Positions 62,100 through 64,000 of a stretch of 64,000 nt of DNA are shown piece by piece. Under the pieces are notes generated by a model, which saw only the letters and a program-made list of their open reading frames with translations, was not told where the DNA came from and searched no databases. Both the position numbers and the translations under genes were made by a program. This DNA is from Stegostoma tigrinum. Lineage: Eukaryota. The DNA is taken from contig NC_081365.1 in the NCBI RefSeq assembly GCF_030684315.1, positions 47,911,205 to 47,975,204 of the forward strand, written 5' to 3'. The stretch's first letter is position 1; each line of letters starts with the position of its first letter.

Positions 62100-64000
62100 T
62101 GCGACGGTGGGGAGGCGATGATAGAAGGTGGATAGGGAAGCAGATAGATGGTGAGAAGATGGACAGGTCAAGGAGGTGGGGATGGAGCCAGTAAAGGTGA
62201 GTGTAGATAGGGAGTTGGGATGGGGTTGGTCAGTGGGAGGGAAGACGGACAGGTCAGGGAGTAGAGATGAGGCTAATAGGTAGGAAGTGGGGATGGGGGT
62301 TGCTTAGTCAGGTGGGAGGAGTGGATAGGTGGGAGAAAAGATGGACAGGTCAAGAAGGTGGGGACAAGATGGGCTGGTCTGGGGATGAGGAGATTTTGAA
62401 GCTAGTGAAGTCCACATTGAGACCATTGGGATGCAGGGTTCCCAGGCGGAATATGAGGTGATCTTCTTCCAGCCTTTGGGTGGCATTGTTGTGGCACTGG
62501 AGGAGGCCCAGGATGGACATATTGTCCAAGAAATGGGAGGGGGAGTTGAAATGGTTCGCAACTGGGAGGTGTTGTCTTTTGTCACGAGCCGAGCGTAGGT
62601 GTTCCACAAAGTCGTCTCCAAGCCTCCACTTGATTTCCCTGATGTACAGGAGGCCGCATTGGGAACAACGGTTACAATATACTACATTAGCAGATCTGTT
62701 TAATGTGGAAGGTTTTCTTGAGGCCTGGGATGGGAGTGAGGGGTGAGATGGAGGGGCAGGTGTAGCACTTCCTGCGATTGTAGGGAAATGTGCCGGGGGT
62801 GGTGGGGCTAGTGGGGAGTCTGGAGCAGACTAGGGAGTCGCAGAGAGAGCGGTCCCTCCAGAGGAAGAGGTGGGGTTTAGGGACAGGCTAGCTGTGGAAG
62901 AGGGGCTGTTCCATGTATCCTACAAAGAGGGAGGCATAGCTTGGGCCCATACAGGTACCCATGGTCACCCCTTTGTCTGTAGGAAGTGGGAGGAGTTGAA
63001 GGAGAAGTTGTTAAGTGTAGGGACGAGTTTGGTAAGGTAGATTAGGGTGTCGGTGGAGGGGGTCTGGTTGGGCCTGCAGGAGAGGAAGAAGCAGAGGGCC
63101 TTTAGGCCATCAGCGTGGAGAATGCAAGTGTATAGGGAATGGACGTCCATTGAGAAGATGAGGTGTTGAGGGCCAGGAAGTTGGAAGTTTTGGAGGGGGT
63201 GGAGGATGTGAAGAGTTCTTGGACCCGGTGGAGACAATGGAGTCGAGATAAGTGGAGATAAGTCCAATGGGGCAAGAGCAGGCAGAAACAATGGGTCGAT
63301 CAGGGCAGTCAGGTTTGTGGATTTTGGGAAGGAGATAAAAATGGGCAGTGTGGGGTTGGGAAACGATGAGGTTGTAGGCTGAGATTGGGAGGTCACCTGA
63401 GGTGATGAGTTTGTGGATGGTGTTGGAGATGATGGTTTGGTGCTCGGGGGTGGGGTCATGATCAAGGGGGCAGCAGGAGGAGGTGTTGGAGAGCTGGTGC
63501 CTGGCTTCGGTGACATAGAGGTCAGTGCATCATTCTATACCTGCGTCTCCCTTGTCTGCAGGTATTATAATGAGGTTGGGGTTGGAGCGGAGGAAGCAGA
63601 GGGCTGCCCGTTCTGCAGGGGAGAGGCTGGAGTTGGTGAGAGAAGCGGAGAGGTTGAGGCGATTGATGTCACAACGGCAGTTGGAGATGAAGAGGTCGAG
63701 GGAGGGTAGGAGGCCTTGGGGTGGTGTCCAGGAGGACGGGGTGTGTTGAAGGCGGGAGAAGGGGCCAGTAGAGGGAGGGTTAGATACATGACTAAAGAGA
63801 TAAGTGCAGAGGCAGAGGCAGTGGAAAAACTGTTTGGTGTCTAGGTGTGAGTGGTATTCGTTGATGTTCGGGTGGAGGTGGATAAAAGTGAGTCCTTTCC
63901 TGAGGACTAACCGTTCATCCTCAATGAGGGGGAGGTCTGGGGGGAGGTGAGGGGGTTTTCTTGGATCCTTCCCCCACCCCAGACTTCCATCCCAGGCCCA
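62100..64000 (-). mobile_element. Older diverged Penelope-like copy, internally deleted, running off the window end
   Basis: FSMDVHSLYTCI, TLNNFSFNSSHFLQTKG, EHLRSARDKRQHLPVANHF with frameshifts; large deletion at ~62860. Confidence 0.9.

Noticed and set aside
1-64000. tRNA genes, rRNA, CRISPR arrays or prokaryotic systems
   Set aside because: tRNA-like boxes belong to SINE heads, there are no regularly spaced repeat-spacer arrays, and the sequence is eukaryotic.

Overview
This is a repeat-rich vertebrate genomic window, most likely from a shark or other cartilaginous fish (inferred from HE1/V-SINE-like SINEs, CR1, Rex1 and Penelope content). One host protein-coding gene can be assembled by hand on the minus strand from five phase-compatible exons (37982-25394). 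It encodes a 229-aa type I membrane protein: signal peptide, one V-type Ig domain lacking the B-strand Cys (CD2/SLAM/CEACAM-like), N-glycosylated stalk, TM, and a short tail with a YxxM motif (IYESM). The rest is layered transposon sequence: a decayed Ty3/Gypsy element, a decayed PIF/Harbinger element, CR1/Rex1/Tx1 LINE pieces, SINEs, and a young Penelope-like (PLE; RT + GIY-YIG, Neptune-like) family carrying a minimal hammerhead ribozyme. The most striking pattern is that about a dozen PLE insertions, from several subfamilies and 0.13-1.95 kb long, are two-armed. Each has two 5'-truncated copies in inverted orientation with both 3' ends facing outward, usually inside a single 14-16 bp target-site duplication. 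One arm carries an extra ~35-42 nt 3' tail that the other lacks, and in the large pairs the two arms share private variants. This suggests a stereotyped double-priming integration mechanism. All calls are by eye; no database searches were run, and boundaries of old repeats are approximate.
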